DNA of 64,000 nucleotides, taken from IMG/VR virus record IMGVR_UViG_3300015263_001568, positions 16,100 to 80,099 of that record; one strand, written 5' to 3'. Each line of letters starts with the position of its first letter. Position 1 is the stretch's first letter. The stretch comes from a virus. This document shows, in pieces, positions 46,357 through 55,514 of this stretch. The notes under the pieces were generated by a model, which did not search any database, was not told the DNA's origin, and saw only the letters and a program-made list of their open reading frames with translations. The position numbers were made by a program, and so were the translations under genes.

Positions 46357-48429
46357 ATGGCCATCAGCCTAAAAGGTATGACGCCGCAGCAAAAAGCCGC
46401 CGTTCGTCACCGCGAAGGGGCTGCCATCGTTATCGCCATTCCGGGAAGCGGTAAAACAAGAATAATTACACACCGGATCGCGGACCTCATCGATGATGGC
46501 GTGCGTCCGGGTGAAATCCTTGCCGTCACCTTTACCAACAAAGCCGCCGACGAGATGAAGACGCGTGTCCGTGGCATGATCGGGAAGGTAGCTAACTCGG
46601 TTTGGATATCCACCTTCCACAGCATGTGCGTGCGGATGCTGCGTGTAAACCCCGTTGAGTTCAACGTACCGAGGAAGTTCACTATCGCAGACAGCGACAC
46701 GTCGGTACAAATAGCAGCACAAGCGATTGCGTACGTCACTGGTGAGACCATTGAAGAAGTAAAGCAAACGGACAGCGCGTCCATGATGGCAAAAGTCATC
46801 GAGGGCTTGAAACGTAATGCACGTCGTCCTGCCGATGTGCGGAAGACAAACAAAAAACTCTACAATGTGTACAAAAAGTACGAGGGGCTTCTGTACGACA
46901 ACCAGATGCTGGATTTCAGCGACTTGATACTGCGCGTCGTGCTTGGATTCCGCGAAAGACCTGACTTGAGAAAATCCTGGTCCGAACGCTTCGTTCACAT
47001 GCTAGTGGATGAATATCAGGACACGAACGCCTCACAATACGAGCTGGTGAAACAGCTATCTTCCGTCCACGGTAATCCGTTCGTGGTGGGGGATGATGAC
47101 CAGAGCATTTACGGTTTCCGAGACGCCGACATTCGGAATATCCGCCGGTTCGAGCGCGAGCTAAAAGCAAAGATTTACCTGTTGGATCGAAATTTCCGTT
47201 CGACAGGCAACATCACCGCGGTGGCCAATGCAGTAATTCAGCACAACGACCGGTTCATCGACAAGGTGATCACTCCGGTAAAGGATGCAGGACGGCCGGT
47301 GCGACTGATCCGGGCCCACGACGAAAATCATCAGGCTATGTTCATCGTGGACGAAATTTCCGCACTGGCCAAGCGCGACCCAAATGTCTACGGGAAAACA
47401 GCGGTACTGTACCGTACAAATGTGCAATCCAGACGTATTTCAGACAGGATGACCGGGCGTGGTATGCCACACCGTGTGCTTGGCGCGCTGACTTTTTACC
47501 AGCGTGCCATCGTCAAAGACGTGCTGGCATACTTATCCGTACTACACAATCCGCGAGACAACGTCTCCTTTACGCGTCTGTACAACAAACCCATACGAAA
47601 AATCGGCAAAGTGGGCTTTGCTGAGTACACACAAGCAGTAGAAGCCTACAACGAAGACAACGGCAAAAAGCTGTCGCTGTACCAAGGTTTGGGTAAGCGC
47701 TGCTACAGCGAAACGGTTCGAGGCGCCGCTGCCGCTGGATTCCAGCAACTGCGCGCAGTATTTTCGCAGCTGCGCAAACTGCCTCATGACCATGTGTGCC
47801 TCTTGATAGATCACATCATCAAGCATACGCGAATTCGTGAAATCGCTGTAGAGGCAATGCAGAAGACAAAGTCCGACGCGCAGCAGCGGAAGTACATGGA
47901 CCAGGTGGATAATCTGGACGAGCTGCTGATGGTGGCATCGGAATTCGACGACGATCCGGGCGGTGGACTTTCAGCGTTCCTGGAGTACGTAGCGCTCATG
48001 CAGAACGACTCCGCACGTAGCAAAGAGGACGACGAAAATCGCGTGACGCTGATGACGTGTCATCGCGCTAAGGGAACCGAGTTCAAGCACGTGTATTTGA
48101 TTGGCTCGGTAGAAGGCTTATTCCCGATGCCCTATCGTGATCCGGAAGAGACCATCGGGAGCTTTGAGGACGCGAATGATCCAAGCAACGAAGGCGTAGG
48201 TAACGAAGTACAACAGCACTACGAAGAAGAGCGCCGTGTTTTCTTTGTTGGGATGACGCGCGCCGAAGACCACCTTACGCTGATAGCGCCTGCATGCCGG
48301 CAAGTACGGTCTGGAAATCAAGACACTATGCTGTCGCGATTTGTCATTGAAGCCAGAGAATCCGACGTAATAGATGAGATCGATCTTACAGCGCAAGGAG
48401 ATGGCTACAGAAATGCCAGATACCGTTAA
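46357..48429 (+). CDS. uvrD: UvrD/PcrA/Rep-family SF1 helicase
   Basis: PGSGKT, TFTNKAA, VDEYQDTN, VGDDDQSIYGFR, HRAKGTEF, EERRVFFVGMTRA motifs. Confidence 0.96.
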   Translation: MAISLKGMTPQQKAAVRHREGAAIVIAIPGSGKTRIITHRIADLIDDGVRPGEILAVTFTNKAADEMKTRVRGMIGKVANSVWISTFHSMCVRMLRVNPVEFNVPRKFTIADSDTSVQIAAQAIAYVTGETIEEVKQTDSASMMAKVIEGLKRNARRPADVRKTNKKLYNVYKKYEGLLYDNQMLDFSDLILRVVLGFRERPDLRKSWSERFVHMLVDEYQDTNASQYELVKQLSSVHGNPFVVGDDDQSIYGFRDADIRNIRRFERELKAKIYLLDRNFRSTGNITAVANAVIQHNDRFIDKVITPVKDAGRPVRLIRAHDENHQAMFIVDEISALAKRDPNVYGKTAVLYRTNVQSRRISDRMTGRGMPHRVLGALTFYQRAIVKDVLAYLSVLHNPRDNVSFTRLYNKPIRKIGKVGFAEYTQAVEAYNEDNGKKLSLYQGLGKRCYSETVRGAAAAGFQQLRAVFSQLRKLPHDHVCLLIDHIIKHTRIREIAVEAMQKTKSDAQQRKYMDQVDNLDELLMVASEFDDDPGGGLSAFLEYVALMQNDSARSKEDDENRVTLMTCHRAKGTEFKHVYLIGSVEGLFPMPYRDPEETIGSFEDANDPSNEGVGNEVQQHYEEERRVFFVGMTRAEDHLTLIAPACRQVRSGNQDTMLSRFVIEARESDVIDEIDLTAQGDGYRNARYR

Positions 48430-48685
48430 GCTGCTCACGTTCGATGTCGCAACTGGAGCAACTCGTATGGCGCGTGAGGGAGACGATGCGCTGCTGTACG
48501 GATTGGACGACATGCAGTTCATGCGCATTATTCGGAAGTCCGCAGAATATCCTACGCCGCCAGAAGTTGTCGTCGATCCTGACACCAATCTTCCGCTGCG
48601 CCCATTGTACTTGAACGGAGCGACAGGAAAGGCCGTTCGCGCCGTACCAATTTCCTGGACTGAAGGCCGTCCATATCAGGTGTAG
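48413..48685 (+). CDS. Hypothetical protein
   Basis: AAGGAG upstream; about 90 aa. Confidence 0.55.
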   Translation: MPDTVKLLTFDVATGATRMAREGDDALLYGLDDMQFMRIIRKSAEYPTPPEVVVDPDTNLPLRPLYLNGATGKAVRAVPISWTEGRPYQV

Positions 48686-48689
48686 AACG

Positions 48690-48965
48690 ATGCCAAAGCT
48701 AAAAGCATACAACACACCAAGCGGCACCGTGTATCAGTTCCGCTGTCCAGGTTGCGACGCTGCACGGCATTCCGTGAACGCTACTTGGAAATTCAATGGC
48801 AACATGGAAGCGCCAACGTTTTCGCCGTCTATTTTGGTAACAGGTGGCGGAGATTCGAGCTATCGCTGCCATAGCTTTGTGGAAGACGGAAAAATCCGCT
48901 TCCTACAGGATTGCTCGCACACGTTGGCGGGAAAGACGGTGGACTTACCAGAATGGACTGATTGA
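48690..48965 (+). CDS. Small Cys/His metal-binding protein (DUF6527-like)
   Basis: CPGC...H...WKFNGNMEAPTFSPSI...CHSFVEDGKIRFLQDCSH pattern. Confidence 0.75.
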   Translation: MPKLKAYNTPSGTVYQFRCPGCDAARHSVNATWKFNGNMEAPTFSPSILVTGGGDSSYRCHSFVEDGKIRFLQDCSHTLAGKTVDLPEWTD

Positions 48966-48977
48966 CAGATGCCAGAT

Positions 48978-49019
48978 AAAAAAGTGCCCCTGGTAGTGGA
49001 AAGGAACACTACCAGGGGC
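48978..49019 (-). terminator. Strong hairpin, intrinsic terminator-like on the minus strand
   Basis: Perfect 13-bp stem gcccctggtagtg (48986-48998) / cactaccaggggc (49007-49019), preceded by an A6 run on the + strand. Confidence 0.6.
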
Positions 49020-49065
49020 GGGGCCACAAGGACCTTGGAGAAAAGCAAGACCTAGCCTACCACGC

Positions 49066-50514
49066 GTGCTAGGACTGTTCAAGCACAAAATGTTTTCCCT
49101 CAGCTTGGGTCCAACATCGCGGCACCAGAACGGTGCGCCGCTGACGAGCCACCTCCCAGAACGCCAAACACGCGGTCTAGACGAGGCTGTAGGCTTGCAA
49201 GGACCCCGGAAGGCCCGATACTCGCGCTGGTTCAACACCGGCCGCTGGTGGCGCCGCTGCCCCGAGCAGATAGCCGTGTGGCTGGAAACCGTACCCGCTG
49301 CGGGCGCCACCATTCTCGGAATCGCCACACTCAATCGAGAGCCAGTAGGCCGCACCACACTTCTCAACCGCTGGAAACCACACCAGTATCTACAGTCCAC
49401 CCGCGCTTTCTACTGGGATCTGAATGACGCGGAGCACGTCCGTGCACTGTTCCAGACGATGCGTCACCTTGGCGCCATGCAGGCCGGCATCGAAGCACGG
49501 CTGCCACGGCATGGACTACAGGGTCACGAACGCCGTGAGCTGTGCCGCAGTCCCATGCCCCACTTGTGGACTCGCCTGGGCGATATAGTCAATGGGCATG
49601 AAATCGTTGAACTAATTGAGAAAACCCACGAAGGGCGAACACCCGAGCGGCTGTACCGCGTGTACCGCGAGCAGCATACGAACGGTGGGCTGAAGACTTT
49701 CTTCAACGAAGCCACCGAGATATCCATCGCTCCCAAGGCAATAGAGCCCCTGCTAGGCGCCATCAGAAGCTTGCTGTGGGGCTTGCGCCATCGGCTGAAG
49801 GGACGACCACAGGATGAGGAAGCTCAAACCAGAGGGCGCTCTCCGCGCACCTGGATTGCCCGACCACATGCGCTGCTAGATCGCCTGGCCAGCCACTACC
49901 ATTGGCTGGACTTCATCCAGGAACCCTACCTGTGGGATATCAACGTACACAAAGCGTGCCGGCGGCTGCGACCGAACGCGCCAACACGAGCACGGTGGTG
50001 GGACCCCAAAGAGCCTGTCAGCTTGGCAGGCTACAGTGCCCGCTACCTGAACCGCGCACTCGCTTGTCACGCAGGTCAGTTGCGGTGGGATCCCTATTGG
50101 GGAAGTCAGTACCGGGCCGAAGAGGACGCGGCACGAGCAGTGATGGAAGGTTGGCAGCAAACCATTGTGTTGCTGATGAACCTCGCACTCGTGCTGGTGC
50201 TGCTGCGCCGTACGCGGCAACCGAAGAAACCAGCTGAAAGCTTTCTACGACCGCGCCGGTTAACGCATGTTGGCCAGTGCATTCGCATCAATTCGCGTGC
50301 GCGAGGACCGCCTAGAATTGCGCATGCCCATATGCCGTGCAAGAGCCGCGTTTGCGGCATGGATAGGTCTGTCCTTCGCTATATTTTTACCCGATCAGCG
50401 GCTTCACCTGCCATCAGAAGTACAATTTACGCCGATGCGGATCACGCCGGTAGGCCGGATGATGTCGCACTTTTTTGCCGGCAGCGTCTTGACCTTCGTT
50501 TTTTGTTTCGATAA
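49066..50514 (+). CDS. Hypothetical protein (Arg/Trp/His-rich; start uncertain)
   Basis: Only long ORF in the interval; no recognisable motifs. Confidence 0.5.
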   Translation: MLGLFKHKMFSLSLGPTSRHQNGAPLTSHLPERQTRGLDEAVGLQGPRKARYSRWFNTGRWWRRCPEQIAVWLETVPAAGATILGIATLNREPVGRTTLLNRWKPHQYLQSTRAFYWDLNDAEHVRALFQTMRHLGAMQAGIEARLPRHGLQGHERRELCRSPMPHLWTRLGDIVNGHEIVELIEKTHEGRTPERLYRVYREQHTNGGLKTFFNEATEISIAPKAIEPLLGAIRSLLWGLRHRLKGRPQDEEAQTRGRSPRTWIARPHALLDRLASHYHWLDFIQEPYLWDINVHKACRRLRPNAPTRARWWDPKEPVSLAGYSARYLNRALACHAGQLRWDPYWGSQYRAEEDAARAVMEGWQQTIVLLMNLALVLVLLRRTRQPKKPAESFLRPRRLTHVGQCIRINSRARGPPRIAHAHMPCKSRVCGMDRSVLRYIFTRSAASPAIRSTIYADADHAGRPDDVALFCRQRLDLRFLFR

Positions 50515-50564
50515 AATATGAGACGTCTGTATTAGCCAAACGCAGCCTTCTTGTTGGAGCTACT

Positions 50565-51089
50565 ATGCCGAAGAAAGACTTAGCAGCAAAAAATGCTGAC
50601 GCCAAATTGGCGGCTATACGTGAGACACTTACTTCGGTTGGAGAGACGCTCATCGTGCCGAGCAACCTTCTAAAGGTATTGAAGTCACTTCTCAACACCA
50701 AGGACTTGATACCAAAGGTGCTTAACGCTGATGACAAAGCGTCGGTACGCCGAGCGCAAGCATCGCTACAGCAACTTCAGGAAGCGCAAGACAAGGCGGT
50801 GTCGATTCACTTCTCCATCCGCCGTCGTCTTGAGCTGCTGCTACAGATTGAATTGGAAGCCAAACACATTTTGCTTAGTGAACGCGTTATGCCAGACAGT
50901 GCATCTGGCCCACGGCAGCAAAACTGCCTTTTAGCGCAATTTCCTCAACTGGCACTTCATCACGCACGATGGAACGAACTCGATAAACTCTGTACATTGG
51001 TGCAGGTTCATCTAGGTCGAGCAATGCGAACCATTGAGCTACAAATGAAGCTTGATGACAACGTACGGTGGGCACAATACCGTAGTTGA
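50565..51089 (+). CDS. Hypothetical helical protein
   Basis: GGAG RBS; 174 aa, coiled-coil-like. Confidence 0.65.
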   Translation: MPKKDLAAKNADAKLAAIRETLTSVGETLIVPSNLLKVLKSLLNTKDLIPKVLNADDKASVRRAQASLQQLQEAQDKAVSIHFSIRRRLELLLQIELEAKHILLSERVMPDSASGPRQQNCLLAQFPQLALHHARWNELDKLCTLVQVHLGRAMRTIELQMKLDDNVRWAQYRS

Positions 51090-51283
51090 TGAGAAAAAGA
51101 AGTGTCAGTGTCCGAAAAGCCCTGGGACAGGTGTGCACAGGCACTGGGACGATTCAAAATCTTTCTTTCTGAAGGGGAAACCCCAAGGAGCCGAGCGGTA
51201 AAAGAAAGGAGCAGTGACTCCAATGAAAGACCCCTCGCCGCCGCCCCCGGCCGCGCCCGGCCACGACAGAAGGGTTATGGTTG

Positions 51284-51745
51284 ATGGAAAACTTGCGAAA
51301 GACGCTACCGTCCACACTACCCAGACTGAGCAAGCCTCAGTTGAAAGCGCTTGAGGCGGTAAAGACCGCCAAATGTCTTCGGTTAGACAACACTAGTACA
51401 GTGAAATGGTCGACGGCTGCTTCGCTAGATAAGCTTGGTCTGTGCGTCATCGTCTGGGATAACGGAAATCACTGGGGACCTGCCGCGCTTGAAATGCGCT
51501 ATTCTCCTTGGGCGCGCTGTTTTTCGCGGGGGCACTGGAAAGACGATACATTTGTCCAACCGGCTTGGGATGCGAAAGTAGCGGGCATAACGGAGATTCT
51601 CGATGGGCAGGAAAAGGTGGACGAGATGCGGTTAGCCTACGTTGAACACTTGTCTGATATGGCACGTCTGCTGGTGGAGGCAACCAGTGCAGTCAAGGAT
51701 GAGTACAACCGCGCCACTGGATTGGCGTACATGTACCAAAGATGA
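51284..51745 (+). CDS. Hypothetical protein
   Basis: About 153 aa; coupled to next gene. Confidence 0.6.
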   Translation: MENLRKTLPSTLPRLSKPQLKALEAVKTAKCLRLDNTSTVKWSTAASLDKLGLCVIVWDNGNHWGPAALEMRYSPWARCFSRGHWKDDTFVQPAWDAKVAGITEILDGQEKVDEMRLAYVEHLSDMARLLVEATSAVKDEYNRATGLAYMYQR

Positions 51746-52557
51746 CATCATCCGATAAAGCAACGACCGTTGACGACCTTAGTGCTGCACTTCGCCAACG
51801 CTATCCCTCCGACGCCTACTTTTTGCTATTTGAGGTGCGCAACGCTACCGGATTTGGTGGCCGAACGCGCTTTGCAGACGCGCTAGCCTTGGGGCTGTGG
51901 CCTTCCCGTGGGCTGGAGCTGGAGGGCTTCGAGATGAAGGTCTCACGTAGTGATTGGCTACGTGAGCTGCGCAAACCCAACAAGGCCGAAGAGATATATC
52001 GCTACTGCGACCGCTGGTGGGTGGTGGCGCCGTCTGGCATTGTGCAAAAAGAAGAGCTACCACCGCATTGGGGGTTGCTCACACTAGGAAAAACGTTGCG
52101 CTGTGCTTTTCAAGCGCCTCGATTGAAGCCACAACCGCTAGATCGTTCCTTCTTGGCTTCTGTGCTGCGTGAAGTTCACCGACAGTTGTCTATGGAATCT
52201 ATTATCGAAAAAGAGGTGGCGAAGCGGGTTGACGCGCGCTTGAAAGCTCTCAGCGATCTAAATAAGAAGCGTACCAACACCTCACGTGCGGAAACCAACT
52301 CCATATACGAAAAGCTTGCTGCCTTTACGCGCATGTCAGGTGTGCAGCTTAACGCTTGGTCGGATGAGGGTGAATTTGCGAAGGTCGGTGCGGTGCTGCG
52401 CGCTATTCGTACGCCTGACGTCAAAGCTTATTTGCTGAACGAGCTGACCAGAACGGCAACCAACATAGATCACCACGCACGCGGCGTAGCTAGGCAACAA
52501 GAATTGCTGCGTGATGCTTTGAAAGCTCTTTCAGACGTACAGGAGCACGACGATTGA
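51742..52557 (+). CDS. MmcB-like PD-(D/E)xK nuclease-family protein
   Basis: FEV...RFADAL...WPSRG...GFEMKVSRSDWLREL..P.KA....YCDRWWVVAP. Confidence 0.8.
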   Translation: MTSSDKATTVDDLSAALRQRYPSDAYFLLFEVRNATGFGGRTRFADALALGLWPSRGLELEGFEMKVSRSDWLRELRKPNKAEEIYRYCDRWWVVAPSGIVQKEELPPHWGLLTLGKTLRCAFQAPRLKPQPLDRSFLASVLREVHRQLSMESIIEKEVAKRVDARLKALSDLNKKRTNTSRAETNSIYEKLAAFTRMSGVQLNAWSDEGEFAKVGAVLRAIRTPDVKAYLLNELTRTATNIDHHARGVARQQELLRDALKALSDVQEHDD

Positions 52558-52693
52558 GCGCGTTCTAGAGCAGGCTGTTGACCTTCTCTAGCTCGGCATG
52601 GATTCGTCGTAGCGCCATGATAGAACTCTTCCAGACAGTCCAGAAGCAGACGCAGGCTACGTCAATTCGTTTGAGCAGTCCTGCGATACCAAC

Positions 52694-52723
52694 AAAAGCC
52701 CGCTAAACCATAGCGGGCTTTTT
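52694..52723. terminator. Bidirectional intrinsic terminator
   Basis: aaaagcccgcta-aacca-tagcgggcttttt. Confidence 0.85.
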
Positions 52724-52792
52724 CTCTATCTGCCTCTTCTCCGTTTCAACTTGTCGGCGAAAACCAAAAACCTAGTCTACTCTATTTTAATC

Positions 52793-53002
52793 CTACCACA
52801 ACATCACCAAAAGCCGGGCTTGCCCGACGACAACATCACCACCGGGTAGAGCCCGGCTGCGGCGGAACAAAAATCTCCGCCACTACCCACAACATCATCA
52901 AAGGCCAATCGGCCAACCACATCACCCAAACAACCGAAGTATGCCGCAGTTTCGATTGCGGCGAAATAAATACGCTGCCGATGGCAGCAATAGGAGAACA
53001 AC
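52793..53002 (+). promoter_or_regulatory. Structured 5' leader or ncRNA of the capsid operon with repeated CAACATCA motifs
   Basis: Five predicted hairpins plus four C[AC]ACATCA[CT]C copies; AGGAG RBS at 52992. Confidence 0.6.
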
Positions 53003-53779
53003 ATGGCTCTTAATCCTGGAGTCACTGCCCCCGGCGCAGCGGTATTCGCCAAGTACGACATGGCGCGTAGCCGCTTCGAGCACCGATGGGCATACGACAT
53101 CGAGGCCGGGGTCAACATCCTCGAAGAGGGTTCGCTGCTGGTACGCAAGGCCGGCGCGGGCACGACCGAGGTTGTGGCCCCATCTGCTGACGCTGCTGGT
53201 GAAGTGCCCCTGGGCATCGCACTACACGGCGCCATCAATGCGGTCACCTTCACCAAGGTGATCAATGCAACCGTTCCGGCGGTTGCTCCGCTGACCATCA
53301 ACACGGGTCTGACCAACATCACGACCTACGGTGCGGCTCCGCAGGTGCTGGCATACGACAACACCAGCGCCGCGTATCGTGTGACGGTGGTTGGTGCACC
53401 TGGTGCCAACCAGGTCGGCGTGACGCTCGCCAGCGGTCTGCTGACGGCAGATGCCGGTCTGGCCGGCCACAGCATGACCTTCACCATCCAGTGGACCCTG
53501 ACGGCCCTGGAGTCGCAGCTTCTGCTGCGCGAGTCTCACATCAACCGCGGTGCTGAGGCCCTTTTCGGCCAGATCATCGTGGGCTGGGGACAGTGCGAGG
53601 TGTTCACCACGATGTACGACGCCGGTGCGACGTATGCCGTGGGCGATGTTCTCGACCTCGGTGCGGGTGGCATCTTCACCAGCACTGCCCGTGCTGTGAA
53701 CAACGTTGCATTTGGCCGCGTGACCAGCGTTCCCACAACCGACGACCCCTACCTGGGCGTCTACTTCATCACGCCGTAA
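53003..53779 (+). CDS. Putative capsid decoration / cement protein
   Basis: Directly upstream of the MCP; Ala/Gly/Thr/Val-rich; strongly biased codons; ends GRVTSVPTTDDPYLGV. Confidence 0.65.
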   Translation: MALNPGVTAPGAAVFAKYDMARSRFEHRWAYDIEAGVNILEEGSLLVRKAGAGTTEVVAPSADAAGEVPLGIALHGAINAVTFTKVINATVPAVAPLTINTGLTNITTYGAAPQVLAYDNTSAAYRVTVVGAPGANQVGVTLASGLLTADAGLAGHSMTFTIQWTLTALESQLLLRESHINRGAEALFGQIIVGWGQCEVFTTMYDAGATYAVGDVLDLGAGGIFTSTARAVNNVAFGRVTSVPTTDDPYLGVYFITP

Positions 53780-53792
53780 GGAGAAGCTGAGC

Positions 53793-55019
53793 ATGTCCGT
53801 ATTCGCTAAGAAGAAGACGGCCACCGCTGCTCCCCGGCTGGTGGACCGACAGGGTAATGATGTGGCGGATGGATTTTCCTTCCGCCGTAATCCCCGCAGC
53901 GGCTCGATCATGCGCGCCGGTACGGCTGGCAGCCTCGCCCCGCAGGGCGGCTCCCGCCTCGTTGGCGCCAATGGCGAGTACAATGCGTACAGCAAGCAGC
54001 AGCTCGTCGAAATCATCGATGGTCTGCTGTCGCAGGCAGCGAGCGGCGACGTTCGCCTCGACACGGGCGTTAGCCAGATCATGCAGCAGCGCATGGCGGC
54101 TCCCCGTGGCGTGACGATGGCGCCGAGTAACACCTGGAACCAGGAAGGTCACCTGGTTCACGCCGCGCTCGCGGATCGTTTCCCCGAGCACGGTGGTCCG
54201 TTCCACGTCCTGGGTGAAGTCTTCACGGACCAGATTTCGGAGACGATGGGCCGGCTGGGCTTCACCAACAAGATTTTCGCGCAGCAGGACATTCCTGAGC
54301 AGGGCACGGCGCGCGTTCGTGTTCGCCAGAAGGATGTCGTGGCGTGGGTGATGATGGCCGACGGTCACACCGCCGAGTCCAAGGTTCGCCAGCGCTACGT
54401 CTACCCGAAGGCGTTCGACATCAATGCCCTCATCATGATCTACGAGGCCGACATCCACGAAGCCGGCAGCGCGATCATCGAGGACAAGTACAACGACGCG
54501 CTCGAACAGACGATGGTCCGTGAGGACAACATCTCCAAGTTCCTGCTCGACCAGGCGGCGCCCTCGACCAACGACGTGATCGCGTTCAACGCCTTCACTC
54601 CGTCGGTCTTCGCCGAGCTGCGCGACCAGGTGTGGCGTTGGAGCCTCCCGGTTCCGCACGCCCTGATGAGCCGCGATCTGTGGACTGACCTCTTTGCCGA
54701 TGCTGACTGGCAGCGTTGGTACTCGCCGATCGAGAAGCACGAGTACGCCGTCGAAGGCAAGCTCGGCAAGCTCGCCGACGTCGAGATCATCACCGACGGG
54801 TTCATCTACGACACCTTGCGGGTGCTTCAGCCCGGCGAGGTGTACTTCCTTTCCGCTCCGGCCACACTGGGCATGAAGTCCAACTTCACGGCTCTCCAGA
54901 GCGAGATGATCAACCAGCACATGCTGGGTCGCAATGCGCGCGGCTGGTTCCTCGCGCAGCGTGAGGCACTCACCCTGATCAACTCCCGCGGTGTGTCCAA
55001 GGGCCAGAAGGTGGTCTAA
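53793..55019 (+). CDS. Major capsid protein (HK97-type fold, large-phage family)
   Basis: 408 aa; AAGGAG RBS; very strong codon bias; followed by a terminator; helix-E-loop-spine-helix pattern (ISETMGRLGFTNKIF...YVYPKAFDINA...LEQTMVREDN). Confidence 0.8.
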   Translation: MSVFAKKKTATAAPRLVDRQGNDVADGFSFRRNPRSGSIMRAGTAGSLAPQGGSRLVGANGEYNAYSKQQLVEIIDGLLSQAASGDVRLDTGVSQIMQQRMAAPRGVTMAPSNTWNQEGHLVHAALADRFPEHGGPFHVLGEVFTDQISETMGRLGFTNKIFAQQDIPEQGTARVRVRQKDVVAWVMMADGHTAESKVRQRYVYPKAFDINALIMIYEADIHEAGSAIIEDKYNDALEQTMVREDNISKFLLDQAAPSTNDVIAFNAFTPSVFAELRDQVWRWSLPVPHALMSRDLWTDLFADADWQRWYSPIEKHEYAVEGKLGKLADVEIITDGFIYDTLRVLQPGEVYFLSAPATLGMKSNFTALQSEMINQHMLGRNARGWFLAQREALTLINSRGVSKGQKVV

Positions 55020-55061
55020 CGACCTCCTGACGGCGTAAACCCATCCACTGAGCATGTCTTA

Positions 55062-55103
55062 AAGCCCGCGAGCGCATCGTCCTTTGCTCGCGGGCTTCTT
55101 TAT
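55062..55103 (+). terminator. Intrinsic terminator after MCP
   Basis: aagcccgcgagc / gctcgcgggctt stem followed by ctttat. Confidence 0.8.
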
Positions 55104-55153
55104 ATGCCCAGCTGAGTGTGCTAATTTAGCGGTCACCATCCAGGAAGGAAAAA

Positions 55154-55498
55154 ATGAAATACCCCAACAGCATCATGGTCAAAGGCCACCGTTACGAAAA
55201 GGTTACGGCAGCCGAACCTGGAACTGCGTTGTCAAATGCTGCGCTTGGTGCCGCCGAGGATTTGTCAGCCATTGCTGTGTTGGCAGCTGCGCTGGAGAAG
55301 CAGATGCAAAACCTAGGTGACATGCCACATCATACACCGCAGATAAAAGCGCTCTCAACGCTAACATTGAGAGCCGCTACGCATACCGTTAAATCGCTAG
55401 AATCCGAAATCTCCGGTATTTTGAAGCAGCTTTCAGACATGAAGAAACGCGCTATGGATGTAGCGGACACGCTTCGCCACCAGATGCCGCAGCGCTGA
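55154..55498 (+). CDS. Putative virion-internal protein (IMVKGHRY tag)
   Basis: AAGGA RBS; shared N-terminal motif. Confidence 0.65.
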   Translation: MKYPNSIMVKGHRYEKVTAAEPGTALSNAALGAAEDLSAIAVLAAALEKQMQNLGDMPHHTPQIKALSTLTLRAATHTVKSLESEISGILKQLSDMKKRAMDVADTLRHQMPQR

Positions 55499-55514
55499 TT
55501 AAAGGGATAATTGG

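Noticed and set aside
51090-51283. Possible ribozyme, ncRNA or 60-aa ORF in a GC-rich intergenic stretch
   Set aside because: Only short stems seen; no complete hammerhead or tRNA consensus.
52541-52620. Tiny decayed ORF (AGGAG, ACG start, TIERVLEQAVDLL...)
   Set aside because: Needs both a mutated start and a frameshift; too short to support.
53222-55055. Long minus-strand ORFs (303 and 428 aa) over the head genes
   Set aside because: Expected antisense shadows of strongly GC3-biased genes; no RBS or motifs.
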